Assembly (NCBI GenBank): GCA_043807425.1
Contig: JAZDFZ010000049.1
Coordinates: 3,611-67,610 of the forward strand
DNA: 64,000 nt
Direction of reading: 5' to 3'
DNA from: Actinomycetota bacterium
GTDB lineage: Bacteria; Actinomycetota; Geothermincolia; Fen-727; Anoxymicrobiaceae
The translations under genes and the position numbers were made by a program. Below, piece after piece: positions 18,069-26,307 of the stretch. The stretch's first letter is position 1. Each line of letters begins with the position of its first letter. The notes below the pieces were generated by a model. The model made no database searches. It saw nothing but the letters and a program-made list of their open reading frames with translations, and was not told the DNA's origin.

Positions 18069-18852
18069 CGAGCTCGGTTCCCCGCCCGACAGGCGGATTG
18101 CCCGGCGCATATACGAGAGCGGCAGGTCGCTCGAGCCTTCGAGCCGCGCGGGATCGATAAGGCGCGAGTTCCTCCTGGAGGTGGCCGTCGCGCGCAACGA
18201 ATCACTTGTCCCGGACACGGTACCGGTCCGCTCGACACCGTGGAGGAAGGCCCTGCCCGTCTTCGCCCGAGCCGCCGCGGCCACGGCTCTGGTCATGGTG
18301 CTCCTCTTCTCCGTCGGGCTGGTATCCACCAGGGCGATGCCGGGCAGCCCGCTCTACCCGGTGAAAAGGGTAGTGGAGAAGGCCGGGCTGTACATGACTC
18401 CGTCGGGGAGTGCCGCAGTCGATGCCAGGGTCACCAGGGCGTCAGAGCGCCTGGAGGAGCTGGATTACGCGACCCGGCACGAGATGAACGACTGGTACCT
18501 GCCCCTGATCGAGGACGCGCGTTCGAGCATCAAAGAGGCCGCGCTCGAGGCCTCCCGTGGTGGCGTGGAGGACGAGGAAAGCGCGCGCGAGGGGGCGCGG
18601 TCGGTCCTGCAGGAACACGACGAGGAGCTTCGTGAGGCCATCAGCGAGGTCCCCGCCGAGGAGCGTGTGGAGATCGAGGACTGGGTAGATGATTCGGAAG
18701 GGCATTCCGGCGAGGAGCCCGCTGTCGAGGAGGACGTCCGGCGGGAGCATCCGGAGGAGGACAGGGACGAGGAGGAGTCCTCCCGCGAGGGAGACAGCGA
18801 GGACGAGGTGCGGCATAGCGAGCGGTCACACGAGAGCGATGGAGGAGAATAG
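18061..18852 (+). CDS. membrane protein with DUF5667-like domain and acidic tail (sigma-factor partner)
   Basis: GTG 18061 overlaps the sigma stop by 8 nt. TM ATALVMVLLFSVGLV. PGSPLYPVKRVVEKAGL...RASERLEEL. C-terminus rich in E/D/R. Confidence 0.55.
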   Translation: MFDELGSPPDRRIARRIYESGRSLEPSSRAGSIRREFLLEVAVARNESLVPDTVPVRSTPWRKALPVFARAAAATALVMVLLFSVGLVSTRAMPGSPLYPVKRVVEKAGLYMTPSGSAAVDARVTRASERLEELDYATRHEMNDWYLPLIEDARSSIKEAALEASRGGVEDEESAREGARSVLQEHDEELREAISEVPAEERVEIEDWVDDSEGHSGEEPAVEEDVRREHPEEDRDEEESSREGDSEDEVRHSERSHESDGGE

Positions 18853-19133
18853 GAGCGGGAAGGGAGCAGTTCCATCGAGCGGCAGCCTCGACCCGACGAT
18901 CGGCAACGGTCCGACGATTGAGACCGCGACACCCTTCGCGGGATCGGACGTTGACGTCGGTGGGAAGGACAAACCCGGATCTCCTTGAAGACTTAATCAA
19001 AAGTGAAGGAGGTTGGACGGTCGGTGTTTAGGCTTTTCTGGTACTGGATGCGGTACCACCGCCTGGTCTACTAGCGCGGGCGTGACCGGGCCTTAAAAGC
19101 CCTCCGGTAACCGCCGGTCGGCCCCGGAGAGTA

Positions 19134-19152
19134 CCCCGGAAGGGGTTTTTTT
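19134..19152 (+). terminator. short GC hairpin plus T7 run in the region upstream of cysK
   Basis: CCCCGGAAGGGG followed by TTTTTTT, the longest T run I noticed in this GC-rich window. Lies 47 nt before the cysK ATG. Confidence 0.45.
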
Positions 19153-19198
19153 AATACCGGAGAAGTAGGCGGCGTGGCCGGCCGACAGGGGGAGATCC

Positions 19199-20143
19199 AT
19201 GAGGCTCTTCGAGGACATAACGCAGACCGTGGGGAGGACACCGCTGGTGAGGCTTCGGCGGGTGGCGGAGGGAGTCCCGGGCAAGGTGTTCGGCAAGCTG
19301 GAATCGTTCAACCCCCTTGGCAGCGTAAAGGACCGCATCGCCGTCAGCATGATCGAGGACGGCGAAGCCCGCGGCCTTATTGGCCCCGAGACCACGATAG
19401 TAGAGCCGACCAGCGGCAACACCGGCATCGGGCTGGCGTTTGTCTGCGCGGCTCGCGGCTACAAGCTCGTCCTGACCATGCCCGACACGATGACACCGGA
19501 GCGGAGGGCTCTGCTGGCCATCCTCGGCGCCGAGGTGGTCCTCACCCCGGGCAAAGACGGTATGAGGGGCGCAGTAGCCAGGGCGACGGAGCTCGTGGAG
19601 GAGATGTCCGACGGCTTCATGCCCCAGCAGTTCAACAACCCCGCCAACCCGCGCGTGCACCGCGAGACCACCGCGGTGGAGATCTGGGAGGACACCGACG
19701 GCGCCGTCGACATCTTCGTATGCGGCGTGGGGACCGGCGGGACGCTGACAGGGGTCGGCGAGGTGCTCAAGGACCGCAAGCCATCGGTGAGGATTATCGC
19801 CGTCGAGCCCGCGGGTTCACCGGTGCTGTCGGGAGGCAGCCCCGGGGCGCACAAGATCCAGGGGATCGGGGCCGGGTTCGTACCCGAGGTGCTGAACCGC
19901 GACCTGATCGACGAGATCATGACCGTGAGCGATGAGGACGCGGCCGAGATGACCCAGTCGCTCGCCAGGCGCGAGGGGATCCTGGCCGGCGTCTCCTCCG
20001 GCGCCGCGGCATGGGCCTCCCTGGAGGTGGCGCGACGCCCGGAGAGCGAGGGGAAGACGCTGGTCACCATCCTGCCCGATACCGGCGAGCGCTACCTGTC
20101 CACCTGGCTCTTCACCGATGCCTACGAGAGCCTGAAGGTCTAG
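19199..20143 (+). CDS. cysK: cysteine synthase A (O-acetylserine sulfhydrylase)
   Basis: 314 aa. GRTPLVRL...[16 protein letters not shown]...[12 protein letters not shown]...[12 protein letters not shown]. Confidence 0.95.
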   Translation: MRLFEDITQTVGRTPLVRLRRVAEGVPGKVFGKLESFNPLGSVKDRIAVSMIEDGEARGLIGPETTIVEPTSGNTGIGLAFVCAARGYKLVLTMPDTMTPERRALLAILGAEVVLTPGKDGMRGAVARATELVEEMSDGFMPQQFNNPANPRVHRETTAVEIWEDTDGAVDIFVCGVGTGGTLTGVGEVLKDRKPSVRIIAVEPAGSPVLSGGSPGAHKIQGIGAGFVPEVLNRDLIDEIMTVSDEDAAEMTQSLARREGILAGVSSGAAAWASLEVARRPESEGKTLVTILPDTGERYLSTWLFTDAYESLKV

Positions 20144-20150
20144 TCCGATT

Positions 20151-20198
20151 CCTCCCTCTCCCCTGGGGGGAGAGGGTCGGGGTGGGGGTGACCGTCTC
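20151..20198 (+). repeat. copy B of the CCCTCTCCCC/GGGGAGAGGG hairpin repeat; probable bidirectional terminator
   Basis: Stem 20154-20163/20167-20176, then TCGGGGTGGGGGTGACCGTCTC. Lies between convergent stops at 20143 and 20201. Confidence 0.8.
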
Positions 20199-20200
20199 TA

Positions 20201-21208
20201 TTACCTTCTCGACGTGACCGCCAACAGCCCTTTCAACAGAGGCGAGACGACAGACGGTGGCAGGTAGCCCAGCTTCCTTGTCTCGACGAGCTCGACGATG
20301 TTTCCGTCGGGGTCCTTCACGTAGGCGAACGAACCGACCGAGCCCCATCCCATGTCCATGAGGGTCGGTCCGCAGAACTCCGAGGCGCCCAGCTCGACGG
20401 CGTTCCGGTAGGTGCCGACAACGTCCCGGACGTCCATGGCCATCTCCATTATGCCCAAGTCGCCCCAGCGACGGCCCTCGTAGAGTGGCTTCCCGCCGCC
20501 GCCGGCGAGCTGCACCAGCCTGACCATCCCGCCGTCCAGCGGGAACGCGCTGGCCGGTTTCATCGTTCGCTTCAGGGTCACGGTCCGGCAGGCCGCCCCG
20601 CCCGTCACCGCCTCCATGCCCTCCGGTGTCTCCAACGTGTCGAACACGACTCCGTCGAAGCCTATGACGTCCCGGTAGAAAGCCATAGAGCGATCCATGT
20701 CGGAGACCCCGATGACGGCATGGGTGAAGCCTCCCAGGCGAGGCGCGCCCCCCTTCCCCCTGAGGTCGGGGGTCTCCAGGGCTTCCAGCAGGAGCCCGTC
20801 GGGGTCCTTGAGGTAGGCCCACCTCCAGACCCCATCGTCCGACCCGGCGGAGGCCACCGGTGTGACGAACTCCAGGCCGAGCGCAGAAGCCTGGTGCACG
20901 ACGTCCTCCAGGCGGAACGCCTTGACACCCGCGGCCAGGTAGCCGATATCGCCCCAGCGGGCGTCGGCGGGCATGGGGATCGGAGTGCTGTCCGTGTGCT
21001 GTACGAGTTCGACCGCGGCTCCGCCACGGATGTTCGCCGCCATTAGCACCCGCATCCGGCAGAGCGAGCCGATGATGGAGACCATCTGCTCGAAAGGCTC
21101 CTCGTGGTCGTTCAGCTTGATCCTGAAGCCCAGTATCCGGCCGTAGAAGTCCATGGAGCGCTCGATATCCGTCACCCCTATGCCTATGTGCTGGAACGCG
21201 TCGATCAT
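20201..21208 (-). CDS. two-domain VOC family protein
   Basis: 335 aa. FQHIGIGVTDIERSMDFYGRILGF and FTHAVIGVSDMDRSMAFYRDVIGF repeats. Confidence 0.75.
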   Translation of the reverse strand: MIDAFQHIGIGVTDIERSMDFYGRILGFRIKLNDHEEPFEQMVSIIGSLCRMRVLMAANIRGGAAVELVQHTDSTPIPMPADARWGDIGYLAAGVKAFRLEDVVHQASALGLEFVTPVASAGSDDGVWRWAYLKDPDGLLLEALETPDLRGKGGAPRLGGFTHAVIGVSDMDRSMAFYRDVIGFDGVVFDTLETPEGMEAVTGGAACRTVTLKRTMKPASAFPLDGGMVRLVQLAGGGGKPLYEGRRWGDLGIMEMAMDVRDVVGTYRNAVELGASEFCGPTLMDMGWGSVGSFAYVKDPDGNIVELVETRKLGYLPPSVVSPLLKGLLAVTSRR

Positions 21209-22125
21209 CTCGAGCCCCCCCTCTTTCCGCGCGGCGCGACGTCTGATGCTATGGCGCGGCGCACCATCTCTGTTGTCTCGGCCACCTTCTTCTCGAGCGG
21301 GACCCTGTCGAGCGACATGCCGATCTCGCTGACGCGCTCGACCAGGCCCATGACCCCGTAGGCCCCGATGTGGGGGTCCATGTCGCGGACGACCCCCTCG
21401 GAGATACCGCGCTCCAGGGCGATCCGCGTCCCGGCGTGGACGACCTTGTAGATGCGCCGGAAGCGCATCTGTATCTCGCTGTCAGTCGAGCCGATCTCCA
21501 GGAAATACATGATATAGATTGCCCCGTGCCGCTCCAGCAGCAGCAGGGCGGGCTCGATGCAGTCCAGGATCGCCTCCAGCCCGTTCTCGGCGTCGCGCAT
21601 GATCCCGCTGAAGGTGTCAACGATCTCGTCGGAGAGGTCGTCCAGGAGCGCGACCATGATCGAGCGCTTGTTATCGAAGTACCAGTAGATGGTGCCCTTG
21701 GCGATGCCGGCCGCGCGGGCCAGGTCGCTAATGGTGGTGGCGTAGTAGCCCTTCTCGGCGAACACCCTGGCGGCCACGCTCATGATGTGCCTGCGGCGGT
21801 CCAGGGCCCTCTTCGAGCCCTTAGTGGTCTCCACCGCGCTCGAGAGGTCTTCGGGCTGCGAGCCTTCGGTCCAGCTGAACTCGCCCTTGAGCAGCAGCTC
21901 CTTGATCTCGGTGAGCGACAGGCCCTTCTCGCGTTTGAAGACCTTGATCGAATTGACCATGTCGACGTAGCCAGGGTCGTAGTAGGCCATGTTCGGAGCG
22001 GTCTTCAGAGGCGGAGGCAGGAGCCCCTCCCGCACGTAGTAGTTGATGGCGGAGGTCGATACCCCGGTCAGGCGGGACAGCTCGCCGATCCTCAGGAGCT
22101 TTTGACTGCCAGTGTTAACCAACAT
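21205..22125 (-). CDS. dual-HTH transcriptional regulator (MerR-type N-terminus fused to TetR-type domain)
   Basis: LLRIGELSRLTGVSTSAINYYVREGLLPPP (MerR HTH), then RRHIMSVAARVFAEKGYYATTISDLARAAGIAKGTIYWYFDNKRSI (TetR HTH). 4-nt overlap with the downstream VOC gene. Confidence 0.75.
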   Translation of the reverse strand: MLVNTGSQKLLRIGELSRLTGVSTSAINYYVREGLLPPPLKTAPNMAYYDPGYVDMVNSIKVFKREKGLSLTEIKELLLKGEFSWTEGSQPEDLSSAVETTKGSKRALDRRRHIMSVAARVFAEKGYYATTISDLARAAGIAKGTIYWYFDNKRSIMVALLDDLSDEIVDTFSGIMRDAENGLEAILDCIEPALLLLERHGAIYIMYFLEIGSTDSEIQMRFRRIYKVVHAGTRIALERGISEGVVRDMDPHIGAYGVMGLVERVSEIGMSLDRVPLEKKVAETTEMVRRAIASDVAPRGKRGGSR

Positions 22126-22170
22126 GAACCTCCGTCCGAAGTATAAAGTCGCGCAACAGTCAATTCAACA

Positions 22171-22248
22171 GGGTCAGACCCCGCTTCTGCGTTCGATGAA
22201 GCCGCGGAAGGGATCACGCCGTAATGCAAAAGCAAGGGGTCTGACCCC
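22171..22248. repeat. 78-bp hairpin-forming GTCWGAC-core element
   Basis: GGGTCAGACCCC (22171-22182) and GGGGTCTGACCCC (22236-22248) are inverted. Inner arms GCTTCTGCGTT / AATGCAAAAGC. Confidence 0.8.
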
Positions 22249-22361
22249 TGGCCGGACCAAGCAATTGGTAACACAATGCTTAACTATGCAAGAATTACCC
22301 CTGCGGGCTGTGCGGATGCGGCTGCCGGGGGTGTCCCGGTGCTGGAGCCCGGGGAGGTTGG

Positions 22362-24293
22362 ATGCGTTACGTCCGGAGTCTCAAGGGCAGGCTCACCCTG
22401 ATAACGGGAGTGGCTATAGTGGTCACCGGCACGGTCGTCCTGCTCTTCGGCTCCTTCATCGCTCGTTCGGCGCTTCGGGACCAGACGTTCAGTTCCATGG
22501 GGGGAGTCGTCTCCAGGGCAAAGGGGGCCGTGGACGCGGTGACGGGCACGCTGGGAGAAGCGGCCGACCTCCTGGCGGAGGACGCCCGGATCCAGGCTGA
22601 TCTCGCGCTGTACGTGTCCGGTTCCGCTGACCGGGCAACAACGGCGGCCGACCTCTCGGAGGTCCTGGTCGGCCTGGACGCGGCGACCTCGTTGTTCGAG
22701 AGCGTCGCCGTTGCCGCCCCCGACGGCACGATCGTCGCTTCCGCTGTGACCTCTGGCGGCGTGCGGTCGCCCCTCGAGGTGTCTGAGTCGCTGCTGCGGG
22801 AAGCCTCGGCGGGGCAGCCGGCCTTCGAGTTCCGGCTGCGATCGGGACGTTTCGTGATAGACACGGTGACGCCCGTGATCGTCCCCGGCACCGACCGCAT
22901 ACTGGGGTACTCCTTCATAAGCGGGGCGGAAAGCACGCTGGTGCACCAGCTGGCCGATACGAGCGCCCTCGATTCCAGCGGCAAGCTGATCTTGAGCGAA
23001 ACCGAGGGCGCGCGTGTCCGGGTGGCGGTGTTCGGCCGGAGTCAGAGGAAGGGCACCGAAGAGGTCACGGTGGCCTACTACGACCCGGCGACGGATGCCG
23101 CACCGGTGAGGGCGGCGAACGGGGAGAAGGGTGAAGGCGAGTCGACGCTGCCGGTTCTCGGCGATGTCGTCGTCTCCTACGACTACATGCCATCGAACGC
23201 CTGGGGGATCACCGCCACCGCGGACGCAGCCCAGGCGTTCGCCCCGATCCACCGTCTCCGCAACGTGATGATAATAGTCGTCTTCGTCCTGCTCTTCGGA
23301 GGGTTGGCGCTGGCGTTCGTGATCGCGCGTTCCATCGCCCGGCCCATAACCGAGCTGCAGGAAGGCGTGAAGGCGCTCGCCGCGGGAGAGATGGGAACCC
23401 GCGTGGTCATCGAGGACGGCCTGGAGGTGACCGAGCTGGCGCGGGAGTTCAACGAGATGGCCTCGCGCCTGAAGGAGCTGTACGACACCCTGGAGCGCAA
23501 GGTGGAGGAGCGCACGCAAGAGCTCAAAGACGCCAACGAGCGCCTCCGGATCCTGGATGACCTGAAGAGCGATTTCGTCTCAACGGCCTCGCACGAGCTG
23601 CGCGGTCCCCTGGCCTCCATGAAGATGGGGGTCGCCACCGTGGGCCACGAGATGGTAGGACCCCTCAACGACGAGCAGAAGCAGATGCTCGAGATAGCGG
23701 AGCGCAACATCGACCGCCTTACCCGCCTGACCGGGGACCTGCTGGACCTCACCAAGATCGAGGCGGGGCAGCTCGACCTCGACCTGGATCAGTGCGACGT
23801 ATACGAGCTGGCGCGCGAGGTCGCCGAGGCTGACGAGCCGCTGGCCCGCGAGAGGGGTCTTCGCCTGTCGGTGGAGTCGAAGGAAGGCCCGGTGGTCGCG
23901 CGTTGCGACCGTGACCGCATACACCAGGTTCTGCAGAACCTGGTCGGAAACGCCATCAACTTCACGGACGAGGGAGGTGTGACCGTAAGGGTGGACCGGG
24001 TCCCGGAGGGAGCGGGCGTGGTCGGTGAGCCGGGCCCGGGAGGCGGGCCGGCGATCAGGGTATGTGTCCAGGATACGGGAGCGGGCATCCCGGGCGAGGC
24101 AGTCGATACGATCTTCGAGAAATGGTCGCAGGCGCACTCGGACACCAGGAGCGAGAAGCGCGGGACGGGGTTGGGTCTGGCTATTTCAAGAGGTATAGTA
24201 GAGGCGCACGGCGGGGATATCTCCGTCGAAAGCGTTTTGAACGAAGGAAGCACGTTCTGCTTCCAGATACCGGTGCGTGGCCCCGATGCGTGA
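22362..24293 (+). CDS. sensor histidine kinase (extracytoplasmic sensor, HAMP, HisKA, HATPase_c)
   Basis: Two TM helices, HAMP (RPITELQEGVKALAAGEM), H-box FVSTASHELRGPL, and G-boxes DTGAGIP / GTGLGLAISRGIVEAHGG. Confidence 0.9.
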   Translation: MRYVRSLKGRLTLITGVAIVVTGTVVLLFGSFIARSALRDQTFSSMGGVVSRAKGAVDAVTGTLGEAADLLAEDARIQADLALYVSGSADRATTAADLSEVLVGLDAATSLFESVAVAAPDGTIVASAVTSGGVRSPLEVSESLLREASAGQPAFEFRLRSGRFVIDTVTPVIVPGTDRILGYSFISGAESTLVHQLADTSALDSSGKLILSETEGARVRVAVFGRSQRKGTEEVTVAYYDPATDAAPVRAANGEKGEGESTLPVLGDVVVSYDYMPSNAWGITATADAAQAFAPIHRLRNVMIIVVFVLLFGGLALAFVIARSIARPITELQEGVKALAAGEMGTRVVIEDGLEVTELAREFNEMASRLKELYDTLERKVEERTQELKDANERLRILDDLKSDFVSTASHELRGPLASMKMGVATVGHEMVGPLNDEQKQMLEIAERNIDRLTRLTGDLLDLTKIEAGQLDLDLDQCDVYELAREVAEADEPLARERGLRLSVESKEGPVVARCDRDRIHQVLQNLVGNAINFTDEGGVTVRVDRVPEGAGVVGEPGPGGGPAIRVCVQDTGAGIPGEAVDTIFEKWSQAHSDTRSEKRGTGLGLAISRGIVEAHGGDISVESVLNEGSTFCFQIPVRGPDA

Positions 24294-24657
24294 AGACAAG
24301 AAGATCCTCATCGTTGACGACAACGACGACATCATCACCACCTACCGTGTCGTGCTCGACCGGATGGGCTACCAGGTCGTGGTCGCCCGCAACGGCAGCG
24401 AGGTCCTGGCCATGATCGAGGACGAGAAGCCGGACCTGGTGTTGCTGGACGTGTTGCTGCCGGGCCTCTCCGGCAGCGAGGTATGCCGCAAGATAAAGGA
24501 GACCTCAGAGACCGATGTCCCGGTGGTGGCAATAACCGCGAGCGTATCGGCGGCGACCAGGGAGAAGATGGCGGAGGTGGGCGCCGACGACTTCCTGCTC
24601 AAACCCATCGACGTCTCGGTCCTGAACAGCGTGGTCAAGAAGTTCCTGGGGGTGTGA
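24277..24657 (+). CDS. single-domain response regulator
   Basis: KILIVDDNDD...PDLVLLDVLLPGLSG...VVAITAS...FLLKP. The alternative ATG 24286 overlaps the kinase stop by 8 nt. Confidence 0.9.
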   Translation: MAPMREDKKILIVDDNDDIITTYRVVLDRMGYQVVVARNGSEVLAMIEDEKPDLVLLDVLLPGLSGSEVCRKIKETSETDVPVVAITASVSAATREKMAEVGADDFLLKPIDVSVLNSVVKKFLGV

Positions 24658-24676
24658 GGTCCCAGGCCGAAAGGAG

Positions 24677-25000
24677 ATGGCTATGACGTCCGGCCCGACG
24701 GACCAGGTGGAGCTCACGGAAGAGGAGATACAGAAGCAGGCCAAGAAGCGGGTCGACGAGAAGATCGGGCTGCTCAGCCACATCGCCACGTACGTCATAA
24801 TCAACGTCTTCCTGTTCGTGGTCTGGGGATTGACCAGCAACTGGAGCGGATATCCCTGGTTCGTCTGGGTCATAGTGGGATGGGGAATCGGCCTCGCCTT
24901 TAACATCTTCTTCTACTTCAGCGGCAGGAAGGGCCAGGCCAGCAGGGACCGCATGATGGCCAAGGAGATGGACAGGATCCGCAAGGAGCAGGACAAGTAA
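24677..25000 (+). CDS. 2TM-domain membrane protein
   Basis: 107 aa. Two hydrophobic helices (HIATYVIINVFLFVVWGL, FVWVIVGWGIGLAFNIFFYF) flanked by charged segments. Confidence 0.6.
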   Translation: MAMTSGPTDQVELTEEEIQKQAKKRVDEKIGLLSHIATYVIINVFLFVVWGLTSNWSGYPWFVWVIVGWGIGLAFNIFFYFSGRKGQASRDRMMAKEMDRIRKEQDK

Positions 25001-25004
25001 CCAC

Positions 25005-25069
25005 TGACTCAGAATGGGGTCAGGCACTATTCTGAGTCATAGGAGTCTGACTCCCCCGGAGGTCAGGCC
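25005..25069. repeat. cluster of three GTCWGRC-core palindromic units
   Basis: TGACTCAGAAT-GGGGTCAGGCACT-ATTCTGAGTCA (perfect 11-bp arms, 25005-25039), GGAGTCTGACTCC (25042-25054) and GGTCAGGCC (25061-25069). Lies between convergent stops at 25000 and 25084. Confidence 0.85.
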
Positions 25070-25083
25070 GGCGCCACCTCTCG

Positions 25084-26307
25084 TCAGGATCGCCCTTCGA
25101 GAAGCGATCCCGCTGATGCCCGGGCCTCCGCGAGTGTCTTGATATCGGGCCTGCGAACCACGTCCATGCCATTGGCATCCATGACGTAGGACGCCCCCCC
25201 CGACGGGACGTCCCCCCTGACCAGGACCCTGTTCACCCCGTGCCGAGCCAGCATGACCGCGAGCTTGACGGCGCGTCCCGGGTCGTCGGCCCCCACGGGG
25301 TTTTGAAGGACCGACGCATCCTCGAGCGTCCCCTTATCAGGGTCGAGGGCCAGCAGCGCATACGAGTCGGCTGAGCCCAGGTCGTCGGCGACGGAGTCCC
25401 CATCGGCCTCGAGCGGCACCGCCACGCTGAACTTGTCCGCCTCATCGGGCGCGAGGTCCACCTGTACCGACTCCACGTTCTGAACGGCCGACCTGATCGA
25501 TTGCCTGATGCCGTCCGCGGTGGCCTCCGCGTCTCTCAGGTCATACTCCTGGGGCACGATCGTCACGTGCAGGAAACGGTAGCTCCCGGAGTTGCGGCCC
25601 TCGACCCGTACGACCCGCCGGACCCGGGGGTCTTCCTCGGCCGCCTTTGCCGCCGCGTCCAGGACGTCCTTCTCGATGGAGGCGTCGAGCAGGACCTTCA
25701 GGGCCTCGACGATGACCTGCCCTCCGGAATAGGCCAGTATGACCACGATGACCAGCGCCATGATGGAGTCCACGTAGTGCACGCCCGCGGCGTTCAGAGC
25801 CACGCCGACGATGACGCCCGCGCTCGCGATGGTGTCCGTCCAGGAGTGGCGCGAGTCGGCTTTCAGGCTCGGTGAGTTCACCTTCTTGCCGACGCTCCCC
25901 TTGTACCACGCCAGCAGGCCGGTGACCACCACGACCACAACCATCGTGATTATCGCCACCCACGGGTCGCTTATCTTCACCTGCTTGCTCAGAAGTCTCT
26001 GTATCGATTCGCGGGCCAGCGCGTAAGCGCTGAAGAGTATCAGAACACCGATGCCGACCGCTACCAGGTTCTCCAGCTTGAAGAGCCCGTCCGGGAAGTC
26101 CCTGCTCTTCCTCTTGGAGAGCTTCAGGCCGATCATCACGGCGATGGCCGCGATGATGTCGACGCAGGTGTCTATGCCCTCGGCGAGCACCGAAACGCTG
26201 CCGGAGACGGCGGCCACCGCGATCATCCCGGCGGCCATGAAGACCGAGGCGATGGTGTCTATCCCCTCCGCCTTCTCGGCCGGGTCCATGCGCGAGAGTA
26301 GCTTCAT
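25084..26307 (-). CDS. cation diffusion facilitator transporter fused to a C-terminal NifX/NifB-like domain
   Basis: CDF TM core (SVLAEGIDTCVDII...SLKADSRHSWTDT) plus cytoplasmic domain, then FSVAVPLEADGDSVADDLGSADSYALLALD...GVNRVLVRGDVPSGGASYVMDANGMDVV (nt ~25123-25434). Confidence 0.75.
   Translation of the reverse strand: MKLLSRMDPAEKAEGIDTIASVFMAAGMIAVAAVSGSVSVLAEGIDTCVDIIAAIAVMIGLKLSKRKSRDFPDGLFKLENLVAVGIGVLILFSAYALARESIQRLLSKQVKISDPWVAIITMVVVVVVTGLLAWYKGSVGKKVNSPSLKADSRHSWTDTIASAGVIVGVALNAAGVHYVDSIMALVIVVILAYSGGQVIVEALKVLLDASIEKDVLDAAAKAAEEDPRVRRVVRVEGRNSGSYRFLHVTIVPQEYDLRDAEATADGIRQSIRSAVQNVESVQVDLAPDEADKFSVAVPLEADGDSVADDLGSADSYALLALDPDKGTLEDASVLQNPVGADDPGRAVKLAVMLARHGVNRVLVRGDVPSGGASYVMDANGMDVVRRPDIKTLAEARASAGSLLEGRS

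Noticed and set aside
19013-19096. A Cys-codon leader peptide controlling cysK, by analogy with cysteine-responsive short ORFs.
   Set aside because: The best-placed short ORF (GTG 19024) has no Cys codons. The TTG 19013 ORF has two non-adjacent Cys codons but abuts the Shine-Dalgarno with zero spacing. I kept it only as a generic leader/attenuator hypothesis.
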